From Chitinophagaceae bacterium (lineage in GTDB: Bacteria > Bacteroidota > Bacteroidia > Chitinophagales > Chitinophagaceae), in assembly GCA_947468255.1 (NCBI GenBank), contig CANIMM010000001.1, positions 1 through 36,336 on the forward strand: 36,336 nucleotides of DNA, in the 5' to 3' direction. The position numbers and the translations under genes were made by a program. Below, piece after piece: positions 18,066-27,301 of this stretch (within the stretch, counting starts at the first letter, position 1; every line of letters starts with the position of its first letter). The notes under the pieces were generated by a model, which ran no database searches, was not told the origin of the DNA, and saw only the letters and a list, made by a program, of their open reading frames with translations.

Positions 18066-18827
18066 ATGAGTAAAATATTTGAAGGAAAGGTAGCGCTAGT
18101 AACAGGAGGAAGTTTTGGTATCGGGCGCTCTACGGCTGTTGCTTTTGCAAAACTAGGCGCTTCGGTTGTGGTGGCAGATTATATAAAGGATGAGAATAAT
18201 GAAACTATTCAAATTCTAAATTCGCTGAATGCCAAGTCACTATTTATTCAATGTGATGTATCCAACGCATCTCAAGTTATCAGTATGGTTGAGCAACTCA
18301 TTCAACGTTTTGGCAGATTGGATTTCGCATTTAATAATGCCGGAATTGAAGGTGTTACCGGTAAAACTCATGAATGCACAGAGGAAAATTGGGATAAAAC
18401 AATTAACGTCAATCTTAAAGGTATATGGATTTGCATGAAAAATGAAATACCTCATATGCTTAATCAAAAAAAAGGCGTTATTATCAATTGCTCTTCTGTA
18501 GCGGGCTTGGGTGGCTATGCTGGTTTACCATCTTACGCAGCCTCTAAGCATGGTGTAGTCGGTTTGACTAAATCTGCTGCTCTTGAATATGCTGGTCAGG
18601 GCATTCGAGTCAATGCAATTTGCCCCGGCGTCATTCATACGCCAATGATTGATCGGATTACTGGAAAAGATAAGACAGTTGAAAATCAATATGCAGCAAT
18701 GGAGCCAATTGGAAGAATGGGTGACCCTGAAGAAGTAGCCGAGGCCGTTGTATGGTTATGTTCTGATGCTGCCTCATTTATTACAGGAATAGCAATGCCA
18801 GTTGACGGTGGATATACCGCAGGATAA
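18066..18827 (+). CDS. Short-chain dehydrogenase/reductase
   Basis: TGGSFGIG, NNAG, YAASK, VDGG. Confidence 0.95.
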   Translation: MSKIFEGKVALVTGGSFGIGRSTAVAFAKLGASVVVADYIKDENNETIQILNSLNAKSLFIQCDVSNASQVISMVEQLIQRFGRLDFAFNNAGIEGVTGKTHECTEENWDKTINVNLKGIWICMKNEIPHMLNQKKGVIINCSSVAGLGGYAGLPSYAASKHGVVGLTKSAALEYAGQGIRVNAICPGVIHTPMIDRITGKDKTVENQYAAMEPIGRMGDPEEVAEAVVWLCSDAASFITGIAMPVDGGYTAG

Positions 18828-18849
18828 AATATTTTAACATTTTTAAAAT

Positions 18850-18885
18850 ATACAGTCCCAATATTTAATAGAATTGGGACTGTAT
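18850..18885. terminator. Bidirectional terminator between convergent SDR and BON genes
   Basis: 13-bp perfect stem ATACAGTCCCAAT / ATTGGGACTGTAT. Confidence 0.75.
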
Positions 18886-18917
18886 TGCATTTTTTAATAT
18901 TTAAGACGAATTGTATT

Positions 18918-19592
18918 CTATTCTTCAAAAGCAAACTCTGGAGCTTCAATTTCCAATTTACTTTCAACACTTGTTATACCAGGGGCATTCCATACAGCAG
19001 TTTCTGCATCTTCCTTTTCTGCCATTGATCTAACCTTTCCTCTAAGGGTAACTCTTCCGCCCAATACTTCAGCTCTGATTTTTGCAGCATCAATAGTGGC
19101 ACTCCTATGGAAAGCAGAGTTGATCTTAAGCTGAATATCCGAGGTGGTGATTTTTGGCTTTACAATGATTGCATTTATGACTGATCGAACACCAGTTAAA
19201 TTTTCAATGGCAACTTTTGCATTGTTTCTTTGGTACTCCCATTCTACTTCTCCCTCAAGTCGCACGTTGCCGTTTTCAACTTTCACTTTAATTTTTTCTT
19301 CTTGAACAGCAGTATGCCATCTTAGAGCATTCAAAATTGCTTCAGCTATTTCTGTGTCGGATTTCTTATAGGCAGGAGAAACGCCAATTTGAATTTCTTC
19401 TGCAATTGCTTTTACACCAGCAATCTTTTTAGCTGCATTTTCAGCTGTAAGTTTCTTTGAATACGAATCAACTTGCCCCGAAAGGGTAACTATCCCGTTT
19501 TTTACTGACACACCGATTTCTGATGCATTTAAAAAAGGTTCCCATTTCAACTGATCCATCACATCTTTTTGAATTTGAATATCACTTTTCAT
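18918..19592 (-). CDS. Triple BON-domain (OsmY-like) protein without signal peptide
   Basis: Three repeats of D-x2-I...V-x2-G-x-V-x-L-x-G-x-V...A...G-[VI]-x2-V. Confidence 0.92.
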   Translation of the reverse strand: MKSDIQIQKDVMDQLKWEPFLNASEIGVSVKNGIVTLSGQVDSYSKKLTAENAAKKIAGVKAIAEEIQIGVSPAYKKSDTEIAEAILNALRWHTAVQEEKIKVKVENGNVRLEGEVEWEYQRNNAKVAIENLTGVRSVINAIIVKPKITTSDIQLKINSAFHRSATIDAAKIRAEVLGGRVTLRGKVRSMAEKEDAETAVWNAPGITSVESKLEIEAPEFAFEE

Positions 19593-19675
19593 TTTTTACA
19601 ATTTAATTGTTACTTAATTTAATTTTCACTATTTAATTATAACTTAAAGTAACATATTATTTTATAAGTCTTCAA

Positions 19676-19709
19676 TGAGTCAAATCAATAATGTTATTGA
19701 TTCTAATCA
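19676..19709 (-). promoter_or_regulatory. Tandem box pair (BON promoter)
   Basis: TGA-GTCAAA-TCA (19676) and TGA-TTCTAA-TCA (19698); TTACTTTA on minus strand at 19645-19652. Confidence 0.8.
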
Positions 19710-19814
19710 GTAAATTGTTATTATTATAGATGTCTAAAAATATTACTGACTTAGATTTTATAGCTTTTAAAGCAAACAGGATGTTAAAACAGTTCATTCT
19801 TTACTCTATCATGT

Positions 19815-20447
19815 TCATTTTACTATTTCCATATCATTTATTTTATCTAACAATTCATTCACTTCTTCGTCACTTACTTGTTCAAAATCTTCATAAAACT
19901 CCCCTACTCCATGAAATATCTCCGGAATCAGTAATGCTACAATTTCATCTACCTCTTTGGAGAGTTTATAAAAAGCTATTTTAGAAGCTACCGGCACAGC
20001 AATCACCATTTTTTTAGGGTTGCTTTTTTTTAAAAGATTTACAGTGCCCATTAGCGTATTACCTGTCGCTACCCCATCATCTACAATGATGATAGTTTTA
20101 CCCTCTAACTGTATAGGCGATTTCCCTTTCATAAATTTTCGACTCATTTCATTGAGTCGACTTCTAATACTCACTAATTCTTCTTCTATGTATTGCGTTG
20201 TGACATTTTCGTGAGGAACTATAAAATAATCATACAAACTCGCTGCTCCTATTGCATACTCCTTATTGCCGGGATGGCCAATTTTTTTGGTGAGCACCAA
20301 TTCTAAAGGCATATTAAATTCTTTTGCCAGTTCAAAAGCAACTGGCACACCTCCACGTGGAATAGCCAATATAACTCCTGGTTCATTTTTATATTTTTTC
20401 AATTTAACTGCCAGTTGCCTTCCCGCATCTAATCTGTCTCTAAACAT
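19815..20447 (-). CDS. Phosphoribosyltransferase family protein
   Basis: FRDRLDAGRQLA, AIPRGGVPVA, PRPP motif IIVDDGVATGNT, FYEDFEQVSDEEV. Confidence 0.93.
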   Translation of the reverse strand: MFRDRLDAGRQLAVKLKKYKNEPGVILAIPRGGVPVAFELAKEFNMPLELVLTKKIGHPGNKEYAIGAASLYDYFIVPHENVTTQYIEEELVSIRSRLNEMSRKFMKGKSPIQLEGKTIIIVDDGVATGNTLMGTVNLLKKSNPKKMVIAVPVASKIAFYKLSKEVDEIVALLIPEIFHGVGEFYEDFEQVSDEEVNELLDKINDMEIVK

Positions 20448-20643
20448 ATTTTTAAATTATTATAAAATACCCTGTCGCTGTAAATATTGTCTTTAAATTT
20501 TTTATTAAAAATTACTACTTCTACATTAAATTAATACAAATTAGCATTTTACTTAAATCAACCTTTTATTGATGATTATTTTTTTAAAAATTTGCTCATA
20601 GCGAATATTTAAAATAATTCTACTTCAATGCAATTGCGACTAT

Positions 20644-21291
20644 TCAAACTTCAACCGATGTTAAATGGTTTTCAAACCAGTTTGCTGCCAATGCTGAAAC
20701 AATTTCCATTTTTCCTGACTCTTCAAAAAGATGGGTAGCACCTTCAACAACTGTTAATTTTTTTTCACATTTTAGTTGCGCAAATGCATCTTTATTTAAT
20801 TGTATCACTTCTGGATCTAAGCTTCCAACAATTAATAATGTAGGTGATTTTACTTTGGACAAGTCCTCTCTTGCAAGGTCTGGTCTACCCCCACGAGAAA
20901 CTACAGCTCCAATTTCATGCATATTGGCTGCAGCCTTTAAAGCGGATGCAGCACCGGTACTAGCGCCAAAATATCCGATTACACAATCTTTTGCTTTTGG
21001 CAAAACTTCCAACCATCTCGTTGCAGTTACCAACCTATCGGTAAGTAGATTGATATCAAATCTATTGCGGTAATAAATATCCTCAGCTTCGGTCAATAAG
21101 TCAAATAAAAGGGTGCCGATATTTTTCAAATGAAGGTACTTTGCAACCTGTTTATTTCGCATACTAAACCTGCTGCTTCCGCTGCCATGTGAAAATATTA
21201 CAATTGATTTTGCACCTGCTGGAATTACTAGTTCACCTCGAAGACTAATTTTTCCGGCTGGAATACTTACTTCTTTTTGATAATCATCCAT
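20644..21291 (-). CDS. Dienelactone-hydrolase-like alpha/beta hydrolase
   Basis: HGSGSSRFS, FGASTGAA nucleophile elbow, VSRGGRPDLA, GATHLFEE. Confidence 0.92.
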   Translation of the reverse strand: MDDYQKEVSIPAGKISLRGELVIPAGAKSIVIFSHGSGSSRFSMRNKQVAKYLHLKNIGTLLFDLLTEAEDIYYRNRFDINLLTDRLVTATRWLEVLPKAKDCVIGYFGASTGAASALKAAANMHEIGAVVSRGGRPDLAREDLSKVKSPTLLIVGSLDPEVIQLNKDAFAQLKCEKKLTVVEGATHLFEESGKMEIVSALAANWFENHLTSVEV

Positions 21292-21300
21292 GTTAAACTA

Positions 21301-21828
21301 CTATTCGTGAAGGCTAATAGGTGCCTTTGCTTTAATATTAATTTCAAACTCGGCTAATTGTGATAATCGATCATTGATTTGCTTTTCACTAACTTCCGCT
21401 TCGTGAAATAACGACGCTTGTTTTTCTTTGTTTAACGCCAACGCAAATGCTGCTGCAGTTCCATAAGTGCTTATTTTAAAATGGTTAATTGTTTGGATAC
21501 AAGATAATAGACAAGCGTCTCTAATTTCTGCATCCGTACAATTTGATAATTTCTCATCGACCTCTTTTATAAAAGCCTCCATTACATGGTTAGTGAGCGC
21601 CATTGAATTGATTTTTTCCTCCTTAAATATCTCTTCCAATTTTTGTAAATGATCTAGTATATAATCATAATACTTCTGCAGCACCGTTTTAAGTTTTAAT
21701 GACCCTGCATTACTGATCCAATTTGGCAATCGATTTTTTAATTGAATTTCCGAACTAGTGAATTTTCGAGTATCGAAATTTAATAAATTATTCAAATTGG
21801 TTATTGACTCATTGTTATTTGTTTCCAT
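21301..21828 (-). CDS. DUF892/YciF ferritin-like protein (degenerate metal ligands)
   Basis: SSEIQLKNRLP, LEEIF, IRDACLLSCIQTINHFKISTYGTAAAFA aligns by eye to YciF RDAALI-x-AAQKVEHYEIA-x-YGT. Confidence 0.75.
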   Translation of the reverse strand: METNNNESITNLNNLLNFDTRKFTSSEIQLKNRLPNWISNAGSLKLKTVLQKYYDYILDHLQKLEEIFKEEKINSMALTNHVMEAFIKEVDEKLSNCTDAEIRDACLLSCIQTINHFKISTYGTAAAFALALNKEKQASLFHEAEVSEKQINDRLSQLAEFEINIKAKAPISLHE

Positions 21829-21879
21829 GTGTTTATATTTTTATTGTATAAATTTAACTAACTAGTGGTGCTTTTAAAA

Positions 21880-21913
21880 TGAGCTTCATCATCGAATATC
21901 CTGACATTTCTCA
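21880..21913 (-). promoter_or_regulatory. Tandem box pair (DUF892-DLH-PRT promoter)
   Basis: TGA-GCTTCA-TCA (21880) and TGA-CATTTC-TCA (21902); TAAATTTA on minus strand at 21849-21856, 23 bp gap. Confidence 0.8.
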
Positions 21914-21940
21914 GCAAGGTTTTTGCCTTCAATTTAAAAC

Positions 21941-21974
21941 TGATAACAATCATTTAATAGGTTGATTAGAAGCA
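21941..21974 (+). promoter_or_regulatory. Tandem box pair (Ere-like gene promoter)
   Basis: TGA-TAACAA-TCA (21941) and TGA-TTAGAA-GCA (21963); TTGGTTTG at 21998-22005, 23 bp gap. Confidence 0.7.
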
Positions 21975-22098
21975 TTATTTGTATGACCGAAATTTCGTTG
22001 GTTTGAAATGTACAATCGTTTGTTGAATCATTATTTTCTTTGTAATAATTTATAATGGTTGTTTTTATATTATTTAATCTCTCCGTTAAATTTTATTT

Positions 22099-23436
22099 AT
22101 GCGACATTATTTTACTAAAGAAGCTTTATTGGATGAACCGGAAGTAGTTAGTGCCATTAAACAATGGGGCTATCCGCTTCAAAGCAAGGCAGACCTTCAG
22201 ACCCTTTTTGATAAAATTGCAGATGCTCGTATTGTAATGCTGGGAGAAGCAAGTCATGGTACACATGAATATTACACTTGGAGGAGCCATATTTCTAAAA
22301 GATTAATTGAAGAAAAGGGATTTAATTTCATTGCTGTTGAAGGAGATTGGCCAGACTGTTATCGATTGAACCGATATATAAAGGGGCTCGATAAGGATCC
22401 CAAAAGCGCTTTTAATGTACTACACGCTTTTAACCGCTGGCCTACCTGGATGTGGGCAAATTGGGAAATAGTTGCATTGTCGGATTGGATCCAAACGCAT
22501 AACAATTTACTTCCTTCCAATAAGAAAGTTGGATTTTACGGATTGGATGTATATAGTCTTTGGGAAAGCCTGGACAACATCCGTCAATATTTAAAAAAGA
22601 CCGATCCTGCTGCGCTAATTGTTGCAGAAGAAGCTTTTCGTTGTTTTGAACCCTATCGAAAGGAAGAAGGCAGTTCTTACGCTCGTGCATCACAATTTGT
22701 TCCCGAATTGTGTCAAACTGAGGTGGTTCATCTACTGAATGCCATTCAGCAAAAATTACCTACTTATAACTCAGACCATGAAAATGTTTTCAGTGCTGAA
22801 CAAAATGCTTTGATTGCCGTAAATGCAGAAAGATACTACCGTGAAATGATAAAAGGGGGACCGCATAGTTGGAATATTCGGGATCGTCACATGTCCGATA
22901 CCCTTGATAGATTACTGACTTTGCACGGCAATGAATCAAAAGTGATTGTGTGGGCACATAATTCGCATATCGGTGATGCAAGGGCGACAGATATGGCAGA
23001 ACAAGGGATGTGTAATTTGGGAGAACTTGCTCGAATGAAACATTCAGATAAAGGAGTATTTCTTGTAGGCTTCGGATCTTATAAAGGGAGCGTAATTGCT
23101 GGAAAAAATTGGGGTGCCACCATGCAGAATATTTCGTTGCCAGAGGCAATAAAAGGAAGCTGGGAATATTTATTACACAAAGCTAGCAGCGCAAACAAAC
23201 TTTTACTGATGGAAGATTTTGCAAATAATGACACGATGATGGAAAATCACATAGGGCATCGTGCTATTGGAGTGGTGTATCAATCACAATTTGAGCAATA
23301 TGGCAATTATGTTCCTACTATTTTACCTATGAGATATGATGCATTTATTTATTTTGATGAAACCAGGGCTTTATATCCCTTACACAATACAGTAGATGGA
23401 ACTCAAATACCCGAAACTTATCCTTTTGGAATTTGA
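22099..23436 (+). CDS. Erythromycin esterase-like family hydrolase
   Basis: LGEASHGTHEYY, AVEGDWPD, FYGLDVYS, WNIRDRHM, WAHNSHIGDARAT, ETYPFG. Confidence 0.93.
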   Translation: MRHYFTKEALLDEPEVVSAIKQWGYPLQSKADLQTLFDKIADARIVMLGEASHGTHEYYTWRSHISKRLIEEKGFNFIAVEGDWPDCYRLNRYIKGLDKDPKSAFNVLHAFNRWPTWMWANWEIVALSDWIQTHNNLLPSNKKVGFYGLDVYSLWESLDNIRQYLKKTDPAALIVAEEAFRCFEPYRKEEGSSYARASQFVPELCQTEVVHLLNAIQQKLPTYNSDHENVFSAEQNALIAVNAERYYREMIKGGPHSWNIRDRHMSDTLDRLLTLHGNESKVIVWAHNSHIGDARATDMAEQGMCNLGELARMKHSDKGVFLVGFGSYKGSVIAGKNWGATMQNISLPEAIKGSWEYLLHKASSANKLLLMEDFANNDTMMENHIGHRAIGVVYQSQFEQYGNYVPTILPMRYDAFIYFDETRALYPLHNTVDGTQIPETYPFGI

Positions 23437-23482
23437 ATGTCAATTTTCACAAATTAAGTATTCATTTTTTTAATTATTTTTT

Positions 23483-23668
23483 ATGCCCAAGAAAATACAC
23501 CCTAGCAAACCATTTGAAATTCCAACACCCGTAAAAATGCCGGATATTGAACCTCCGGATGATCCTGAACAACCTTTTATTCCGGTGGAGGATCCAGATA
23601 GTATACCAGATGAGGATCCATTTGAAACACCCCCCTATGAAATCCCTCCCCCTGCTGAAGGTCCTTAA
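23483..23668 (+). CDS. Small Pro/Asp/Glu-rich protein
   Basis: 61 aa, fills the gap between the Ere-like and PEBP genes on the same strand; repeated EDP/DP units. Confidence 0.6.
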   Translation: MPKKIHPSKPFEIPTPVKMPDIEPPDDPEQPFIPVEDPDSIPDEDPFETPPYEIPPPAEGP

Positions 23669-23678
23669 ATTCAATAAT

Positions 23679-24167
23679 ATGAGTATTAAAAGAGTAAATA
23701 TGGAAGCTACAAGGGCTATTGATTACAAGCAGCTCAAACTTAGTAGTACTGATTTTGAACAGAATGGCTTTATACCTCCAAAGTTCACCTGCGACGGCAG
23801 TAACATCAGCCCATCTTTAACAATCGAAGACATTCCAGCTGAAACAAAATGTTTTGCACTCATTGTAGATGACCCTGATGCACCAAAAAGAGACTGGGTT
23901 CACTGGTTGGTATGGAATATTCCTGTAACACATTATATTAAGCAAAATGAGGTACATGGCATTCAGGGAGTAAATGATTTTCAACGCCCTTCTTACTCAG
24001 GCCCCTGCCCTCCCTCAGGAACCCATCGCTATTTTTTTAAAATATATGCGCTTGATTCATTACTAGATCTATCTGCCAATGCTACTAAAAGTCAGTTAGA
24101 AAAAGTCATGAGTGAGCATATCATTGGTTTTGGTGAATTGATTGGTTTGTATAAAAAAATAAAGTAG
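23679..24167 (+). CDS. YbhB/YbcL (PEBP, Raf kinase inhibitor-like) protein
   Basis: FTCDGSNISP, VDDPDAP, WVHWLVWNI, YSGPCPPSGTHRYFF. Start moved to ATG 23679 (or 23700) to avoid overlap with the Pro-rich ORF. Confidence 0.93.
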   Translation: MSIKRVNMEATRAIDYKQLKLSSTDFEQNGFIPPKFTCDGSNISPSLTIEDIPAETKCFALIVDDPDAPKRDWVHWLVWNIPVTHYIKQNEVHGIQGVNDFQRPSYSGPCPPSGTHRYFFKIYALDSLLDLSANATKSQLEKVMSEHIIGFGELIGLYKKIK

Positions 24168-24286
24168 TTAAAAATGAGGCTTCTAGATAAAAAGATAACA
24201 ACTCAAAATTATATCAATTTAAATACCCCCTAATAAAAATCATAGATGGCTAATAATATTAACTAACCTGAAATAATTTTAATTGA

Positions 24287-24673
24287 ATGAAGGCCTTTTT
24301 GTTTTTACTAATTTCTTTCATTGCTGTTACCGCTACCTTGACCGGTTTACTATTAATTAGTCAGCCTAATGGCTCCTTACTCAATCTTCCCCTGAATTTA
24401 CTGGAGGGTACATTTTTTAAAAGTTACCTGATTCCTGGAACGTTATTGGTGATTTTTGTAGGGGGTGTAAATATGCTCGCAGTATTTTATAATTTAAAAA
24501 AAGACCGAAGTAGATATGATTGGGCAATGGCAGGCGGCTTTGTTGTTTCGGGATGGGTTACCATACAGTTACTGTTAATTCATACCGCACACTGGCTACA
24601 TATTTTATATTTTGGAATTGGGGTAATTATTTTTTTATTAGCCTATCAGTTAAAAGGGAAATGGATTGTTTGA
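24287..24673 (+). CDS. Hypothetical 4-TM membrane protein
   Basis: Four hydrophobic segments; P-x-G-x2-L...F-x2-YLIPG motif. Confidence 0.8.
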   Translation: MKAFLFLLISFIAVTATLTGLLLISQPNGSLLNLPLNLLEGTFFKSYLIPGTLLVIFVGGVNMLAVFYNLKKDRSRYDWAMAGGFVVSGWVTIQLLLIHTAHWLHILYFGIGVIIFLLAYQLKGKWIV

Positions 24674-24792
24674 TTTTTTCAGCTCCCCTACACTGATTTC
24701 TTGTAAACGAAGTAAACGAAGCTGTTTATTCATTATACTATTAAATATTCGGCCCACAGTTTCATAGTCTATTTTTTATAAATAAAAACATC

Positions 24793-25977
24793 ATGAAAAA
24801 AATTTACCTTTTTTTGATAATGGCTATTAGCATCTATCCTGCAGCTGCATTTCGTATTGAATATGGAAAAGATATTGTCATTTCCCAACCTGTGTATGAA
24901 AATTTGTATATAATGGGTGGTAAAGTAACCATTAATGCTCCCATTCATGGGGATTTGATAATTGCCGGTGGCACCATTGTTATTAATGACAGTGTTACCA
25001 ATGATATCAACATTGCAGGCGGTGAAATAACCTTTAACGGGTGGGTGGGTGGAGATATTCGCTGTGCAGGGGGCAAAATCTTTATTCGAAAAAATGTGTT
25101 GGGTGAAGTGGTGATAACCGGGGGGGATATAATGGTAGATAAGGGAATAGAAATTGGCGGATTATTAGCAAGTGGAGGAAATATCACCATCAATGGAAAT
25201 GTGAATGGGAAAATACTAGGTGTATTTGGTGAATTTTCTTTAAATGGAAATGTGTTGAATGATGCGGATCTCAGAGGTGGTCATCTTTCCATCAATGGTT
25301 TGATTGGCGGAAATACTGTATTGGCAGCGAGAACAATTGTGTTGGGTGAATCTGCAACATTCAAGGGAAATATTCGCTATTGGAATAAAGAAGGCACCCT
25401 AGGTATAAAAAACAACTCAATCAAAGGAAAAGCGATTTTCGATCCTTCTTTACGTATTCGAACCGGGGAATGGTATTATCTCGGTGCTGTAACTATTTTT
25501 GGTTTTCTTTGGTACATTGGTATGGCTTTGCTAATGATTGTTGTTGTTCAGTATTTATTTTCCGCTACTATCAAAAAGTCTGCGGCTACTGCTTTTAGCA
25601 ACAGTTTGCAATCCCTAGGAGTTGGATTTTTATTTTTAATTTTAATTCCAATGGTTGCAGTAATTGCATTGTTTACCATCATTGGTGTTCCAATAGCCAT
25701 TTTCTTGTTTATAGGGTACGTCTCGCTCATCTTGCTTTCAACGGTCATCACTTCTGTGGTCGCGGCCAACTGGATCAATAATCAAAATAATTTTCATTGG
25801 AATATGACCCAACTTGTTTTGATATCGATTATTATTTTTGTTGTGTTGAAGCTCCTTACATTTATGCCCTTTTTTGGTTGGTTCGTGATGGCCTTACTAG
25901 TTTGCATATCATTTGGTGCAATTTTATTAAATATCAATTGGAAGGGAAAGCGCCCACAAATAGTTGCAGATAAGTAG
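24793..25977 (+). CDS. Membrane protein with N-terminal Gly-rich beta-helix (bactofilin/polymer-forming-like) repeats and C-terminal TM bundle
   Basis: Signal peptide, ~15-residue repeats (GD-x3-AGG-x-I-x-I), then about 5 TM segments. Confidence 0.8.
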   Translation: MKKIYLFLIMAISIYPAAAFRIEYGKDIVISQPVYENLYIMGGKVTINAPIHGDLIIAGGTIVINDSVTNDINIAGGEITFNGWVGGDIRCAGGKIFIRKNVLGEVVITGGDIMVDKGIEIGGLLASGGNITINGNVNGKILGVFGEFSLNGNVLNDADLRGGHLSINGLIGGNTVLAARTIVLGESATFKGNIRYWNKEGTLGIKNNSIKGKAIFDPSLRIRTGEWYYLGAVTIFGFLWYIGMALLMIVVVQYLFSATIKKSAATAFSNSLQSLGVGFLFLILIPMVAVIALFTIIGVPIAIFLFIGYVSLILLSTVITSVVAANWINNQNNFHWNMTQLVLISIIIFVVLKLLTFMPFFGWFVMALLVCISFGAILLNINWKGKRPQIVADK

Positions 25978-26010
25978 CAATAGGATACAATTTTTATAGA
26001 TTATAAAAAA

Positions 26011-26184
26011 ATGAGTAAGCTAGGATCGATAGAGAAAACCCGGACAATTGCAAGGACATACGGTTTCTTGATATTGCTGGTATTAATTTTATTAAGTCGT
26101 TACGGAAGAACACTATTGGAATGGATTTTTGCTAAGCTATATCAATTTTTTATTGAAAATGGAGTTCTGAATATAGGTGCGTAG
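26011..26184 (+). CDS. Small membrane protein (57 aa), not in the ORF track
   Basis: Hand translation MSKLGSIEKTRTIARTYGFLILLVLILLSRYGRTLLEWIFAKLYQFFIENGVLNIGA; A-rich upstream; fills the intergenic gap. Confidence 0.55.
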   Translation: MSKLGSIEKTRTIARTYGFLILLVLILLSRYGRTLLEWIFAKLYQFFIENGVLNIGA

Positions 26185-26192
26185 GCGATAAA

Positions 26193-27224
26193 TTATTTAC
26201 GTGCCAGCAATAGGTTGATTGGTTTCCATTGCTCAATATGATCACTGATAATTTTTAAAATTGCAACAAAGGGAATAAATAACACCATTCCAGCCATCCC
26301 CCAAATAATGCCTCCTACTATTACGGCAATTAACATAGCCAAAGTACTTACCTGTAATTGGGTACCTACTACTTTTGGAAATATCACATTGGCCTCGAGG
26401 TATTGAACAAAGCTAAAAATTGCAATTACTCCCAGTGGATACCAAATATTGCCAGTTTGTATCCATATTATAGAAATAGGTAAAAGGGCACTAACAAAAA
26501 TACCAATGTAAGGAATGATGGTCATCACTGCGCAGAGCATTCCAAAAAGAATGGCATTTTGAACACCCAATGCATATAGACCAATGCTGTTGAGAACCCC
26601 CACAATGAGATAAACCAACACCATTCCTTTGATAAAGTTATAATATGTGTGGATTGTTTGCTGTAAAATGGTGGCTAACTTAATTTGGCTTTCGAATGGC
26701 GTGATTAATTGCAGATATCTTACCAATACTTTTCTATGGTACAAAAATAGTGCTGAATACACCGGAATCAGAAAGGCAGTAAAGAGGGTGCTGATGGAAG
26801 TTTCAACTGTGGCCTGCAACATTGTTCCCAAACTTCCGGTAAAGTTACTATTCCATGTATTGTGAATATTGGTGGCAACCCCTAAATGGGTATTCATCCA
26901 TTGTTGTAGAAGCTGTACTGTTTTATCAATTTTACTAAGAATTTGAGGAACATCTGTAAGGAATATATTTATTTGCCAAATCAGCAGCCATAAAATTGAA
27001 GCAAACACAATTGTTACTATTAGAAGACAGGCGGAGATGGCAATTGGCTTTTTCCAGCCATGATTCTCCAGCCATTTGCAAACAGGATATAAGATGATAG
27101 CGATGAGTAACCCAAAAAACAAGGGTACAAAAAGAGTTTTTCCTGCGTATAGCAATAAAGCGGTAAAACCGATTGCTTGCAAGTATCGAATATAAGTGGA
27201 AAAAGGGCGGGTGGTAGACTCCAT
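26193..27224 (-). CDS. AI-2E family transporter
   Basis: IPYIG, QYLEANVIFPKVVG, GGIIWGMAGMVLFIP. Confidence 0.93.
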   Translation of the reverse strand: MESTTRPFSTYIRYLQAIGFTALLLYAGKTLFVPLFFGLLIAIILYPVCKWLENHGWKKPIAISACLLIVTIVFASILWLLIWQINIFLTDVPQILSKIDKTVQLLQQWMNTHLGVATNIHNTWNSNFTGSLGTMLQATVETSISTLFTAFLIPVYSALFLYHRKVLVRYLQLITPFESQIKLATILQQTIHTYYNFIKGMVLVYLIVGVLNSIGLYALGVQNAILFGMLCAVMTIIPYIGIFVSALLPISIIWIQTGNIWYPLGVIAIFSFVQYLEANVIFPKVVGTQLQVSTLAMLIAVIVGGIIWGMAGMVLFIPFVAILKIISDHIEQWKPINLLLARK

Positions 27225-27267
27225 AATTTTTACAAATAAAGTTGGTTGAATTAACTAGATAATATTA

Positions 27268-27301
27268 TATCTGTAATCAGTTTTCAATATGACAGAGGTC
27301 A
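27268..27301. promoter_or_regulatory. Tandem box pair between divergent AI-2E and Na/Pi genes
   Basis: TAT-CTGTAA-TCA (27268) and TGA-CAGAGG-TCA (27290); degenerate nnnnTTTA octamers 23 bp away on both sides. Confidence 0.6.

Noticed and set aside
20549-20581. Possible box pair upstream of the PRTase
   Set aside because: Both halves are degenerate, the spacing is 21 and there is no -7 octamer at the expected gap
22099-23436. Macrolide resistance gene (ereA/ereB)
   Set aside because: The motifs fit the broad Ere-like family found in stress clusters; there is no mobile context and family membership does not imply resistance
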